Shown here piece by piece: positions 61,360-64,000 of a stretch of DNA of 64,000 bases. The DNA comes from an uncultured Verrucomicrobiae bacterium. GTDB taxonomy: Bacteria > Verrucomicrobiota > Verrucomicrobiia > Limisphaerales > JAFGQR01. The first letter of the stretch is position 1; the number at the start of each line of letters is the position of its first letter. The position numbers and the translations under genes were made by a program. Below the pieces are notes generated by a model, which worked only from the letters and a program-made list of their open reading frames with translations, ran no database searches and was not told the origin of the DNA. The stretch covers positions 64,001 to 128,000 of the forward strand of contig CAWBHS010000006.1 of NCBI GenBank assembly GCA_963788655.1. Reading direction: 5' to 3'.

Positions 61360-63096
61360 ATGAAAAAAACATCACTGCTTTGCTTCCTGTTGGTCGCGTT
61401 CGCCTCTGCGAAAGCCGCCCCGGTCTCCGTCGAACGGCCCAATATCATCCTGCTCATGACCGATGACCAAGGCTACGGCGATTTGGGCATTGCGGGAAAT
61501 CCCATTGTCGAAACGCCCAACCTCGATGCGTTGGCCCGGCGTAGCGCGACCCTGTCGAACTTTTATGTGAGTCCGGTCTGCGCGCCCACCCGCGCCTCGC
61601 TCATGACTGGCCGCTACAATTATCGGACGCGGGTGGTGGACACGTGGAAGGGCCGGGCGATGATGGAACCCTCCGAAGTCACCATCGCGGAAGTGTTGAA
61701 GCAGGCGGGTTACCTGACCGGCATTTTCGGTAAATGGCATCTCGGCGATTGTTATCCAATGCGGCCCATGGACCAGGGCTTCGAGGAATCGTTGGTGCTC
61801 CGCGGCGGCGGGTTGGCCCAACCGTCGGAGCCCATCGCCAACGCGCGTCACTACACCGATCCCATTTTGTTCCACAACGGGAAAGAAGTCGCCTCCCACG
61901 GTTATTGCACGGACGTCTATTTCGACGCCGCGATGAAGTTCATCGACCGGGCCCGTTCCGCGGGCAAACCGTTCTTCATTTACTTGCCACCCAACGCGCC
62001 GCACGGGCCGTTTCATGACGTGCCGATGGACCTTTATGAAAAGTATCGCCACAAAGATCTGACGCCGGTGTTGCTTGGGCACACGCAGGATGCGGACATG
62101 GTGGCGCGGGTGTATGCCATGGTGGAGAACATCGATCAAAACGTCGGCCGGCTTATGGCGAAGCTGAAAGCCACCGGCCTGTGGGACAACACGCTGGTGA
62201 TTTTCATGGCCGACAATGGCCCGGCCTCGGTGCGGTATGTTGGTCCCTTCCGCGGCAAGAAAACCGAAGTCCACGATGGCGGGATTCGCTCGCCGTTCTT
62301 TGTGCAATGGCCGGCCCGTTTGCGTCCCGGCACCCGGAGCGACCGTATCGCGGCACACATCGACGTGATGCCCACCTTGCTGGAAGCAGCGGGAGTCCCT
62401 GTGCCGGCGGGCCTCAACCTGGATGGACGCAGCCTGTTGCCGCTGCTCGAAGGCAGGCAGGTCGCCTGGCCTGACCGGACGTTGGTGCTCCAAATCCATC
62501 GTGGCGACACGCCGGTGTCGCGTCACCAGTTTGCCATTCGCAACCAGCGTTGGGGGCTGGTCCACTCGACCGGTTTCGGACGCGAAATGCCGCCGCCCAA
62601 CGTGCCCTACGAGTTGTATGATCTCACCGCGGATTCCCGGGAAACGAACAACCTGGCAGCGCAACACCCGGAAATCGTGGCCCAACTCGAACGCGCCTAC
62701 AACGTCTGGTTCGACGACGTGTCCCACACCCGGCCCCACAACTTTGCGCCGCCACGGATCGTCGTGGGGACCGATCACGAAACGCGGACGGTATTGACCT
62801 GGCAAGACTGGCGGGTCACCGAACGGGGCGGCTGGGGGCGCCAAGGCAAATGGCTCCTGCACTTAGCCGGGGAGCACACGTATGACATTGAATTTCGATG
62901 GCCGAAAACGATTGCACCGGGAACGCTCGTGCTGCACATCGGATCGCAACAACAAACCTTGGCCGTGCCGCAGGCCACCGCGAACGTGGTTGTCCAAAAG
63001 GTCCGGATTCCCGCGGGCGATGCCGATTTGTGGGCTACCGTCAAACGCGACACCGAGTGGGAAAGCCCCTACCATGTGGTGCTGATCCGGAGATAG
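61360..63096 (+). CDS. Secreted arylsulfatase (formylglycine-dependent, S1 family)
   Basis: Signal peptide, PNIILLMTDDQGYGD, CAPTR (CxPxR), GKWHLG, ADNG, ELYDL. Confidence 0.95.
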   Translation: MKKTSLLCFLLVAFASAKAAPVSVERPNIILLMTDDQGYGDLGIAGNPIVETPNLDALARRSATLSNFYVSPVCAPTRASLMTGRYNYRTRVVDTWKGRAMMEPSEVTIAEVLKQAGYLTGIFGKWHLGDCYPMRPMDQGFEESLVLRGGGLAQPSEPIANARHYTDPILFHNGKEVASHGYCTDVYFDAAMKFIDRARSAGKPFFIYLPPNAPHGPFHDVPMDLYEKYRHKDLTPVLLGHTQDADMVARVYAMVENIDQNVGRLMAKLKATGLWDNTLVIFMADNGPASVRYVGPFRGKKTEVHDGGIRSPFFVQWPARLRPGTRSDRIAAHIDVMPTLLEAAGVPVPAGLNLDGRSLLPLLEGRQVAWPDRTLVLQIHRGDTPVSRHQFAIRNQRWGLVHSTGFGREMPPPNVPYELYDLTADSRETNNLAAQHPEIVAQLERAYNVWFDDVSHTRPHNFAPPRIVVGTDHETRTVLTWQDWRVTERGGWGRQGKWLLHLAGEHTYDIEFRWPKTIAPGTLVLHIGSQQQTLAVPQATANVVVQKVRIPAGDADLWATVKRDTEWESPYHVVLIRR

Positions 63097-63130
63097 TAAC
63101 ATTAAAATTGTGAAGCCCCATGGCGTCGGC

Positions 63131-64000
63131 ATGAGAAGATTTTTTATCAAGGTGAAGCGGGTCAGTCTCGCATTGGCGCTGTTGGTTCTCGGCGGATCGT
63201 CGAGCACCGGCAGCACCAGGACGACCAATGCGGTTCAGGAAGAGAATTGGTATTCACCCTATCCGCGGGTCACCAATATCACCGAGGAGATTTCCTGGCC
63301 GAAGGGGCAGGCGCTGCCGATTTTCGCCACGCCGGCAGCCGGGTTGGACACCATCGAAGTTCAGGCCCTTTCGCGGGATGAGCAAATCACGTTCTCCGCC
63401 TTGCAGGGTCAAGTCAACCGGAAGCGGCCAAGGATTTATCTGCTCGACGCCCGTTCCGACGAGGGCCGGGATACCTGGGCCAACAGCCCAACTGTCGCTC
63501 TTCAATCTAAGAATCGTTACACGCGGGAAACCAAATATGATCTGGTGGCCAAGTACGCCGGAGAGGTCGCGGGAGTGGTGCTTTATGATCCGTCCGTATG
63601 TCCCCACTACCGGAATCTGGCGGGGACGGTGGCGGGCTTGCGTCGGGCGTTGCCGGTGACAGCCGAGGTCCGCGAGCACTTGCGGGAGCACGGGATCTCC
63701 CTCGAAGTCCTCGTCGATCTGACCACGCTAAAGTATTCGTCACCCATCCAAATCTACCAGTATCTCCACGACCACTACTGGGCACACTGCAACCAGCGGT
63801 TGATCGTTAGCGCCCGGCCGGATAACCGCGGGGGCGACTTCCATCATACGCGGGACATCGCGGCCGCGTGCGGCGCGGCGGTGGTGTGGCTGGACAACCG
63901 CGTTCCGGCGGAGAAGGACATGATGCGCAAATTCTTCGGCGACATGAAGGCGGGTGAAGCCATCGCGCTGGGCTGGTATTCCACGGAGCGCTCGGGGATT
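63131..64000 (+). CDS. GxGYxYP-family putative glycoside hydrolase, N-terminal part (3' partial)
   Basis: Stop-free frame from ATG 63131 to the window end (absent from the ORF track): MRRFFIKVKRVSLALALLVLGG...WPKGQALPIFATP...LQGQVNRKRPRIYL...LGWYSTERSGI. Confidence 0.7.
   Translation, partial: MRRFFIKVKRVSLALALLVLGGSSSTGSTRTTNAVQEENWYSPYPRVTNITEEISWPKGQALPIFATPAAGLDTIEVQALSRDEQITFSALQGQVNRKRPRIYLLDARSDEGRDTWANSPTVALQSKNRYTRETKYDLVAKYAGEVAGVVLYDPSVCPHYRNLAGTVAGLRRALPVTAEVREHLREHGISLEVLVDLTTLKYSSPIQIYQYLHDHYWAHCNQRLIVSARPDNRGGDFHHTRDIAAACGAAVVWLDNRVPAEKDMMRKFFGDMKAGEAIALGWYSTERSGI

Overview
GC-rich bacterial chromosomal window. Gene content and style suggest a PVC-group organism, probably Verrucomicrobiota (inference only). 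Positions 1-32.2 kb hold a large surface/exopolysaccharide locus: a Wzc-type tyrosine kinase (partial), an O-antigen-ligase-like protein, a GbsR/MarR regulator, Wzm/Wzt ABC exporter, about 14 glycosyltransferases, 4 methyltransferases, 2 acyltransferases, a Wzy-like polymerase, a WcaI-like GT and a convergent WcaJ-like priming transferase. It is followed by an REC-HDOD protein, suhB, a HEAT-repeat ORF, the atpBEFHAGDC operon, an aldose epimerase, a sigma-54 activator, a phosphotransferase, an SDR enzyme, a half-length carB, a YyaL-like protein, an ECF sigma/anti-sigma pair, a prepilin-like protein, an Rrf2 regulator, Tat-exported sugar enzymes, a sulfatase and a partial GxGYxYP-like gene. No rRNA, tRNA, CRISPR or transposase was seen. 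The most striking unexplained structure is a set of at least 8 families of short palindromic REP/REPIN-like elements, many GTAG...CTAC bounded. They fill most large intergenic gaps and also sit in frame inside four genes of the polysaccharide locus (the ligase and three GT-B enzymes), adding 35-65-residue peptide loops, much like Rickettsia palindromic elements. Other oddities are a +1 frameshift fusing two GT genes, a GT2-VanZ fusion and a split carB.
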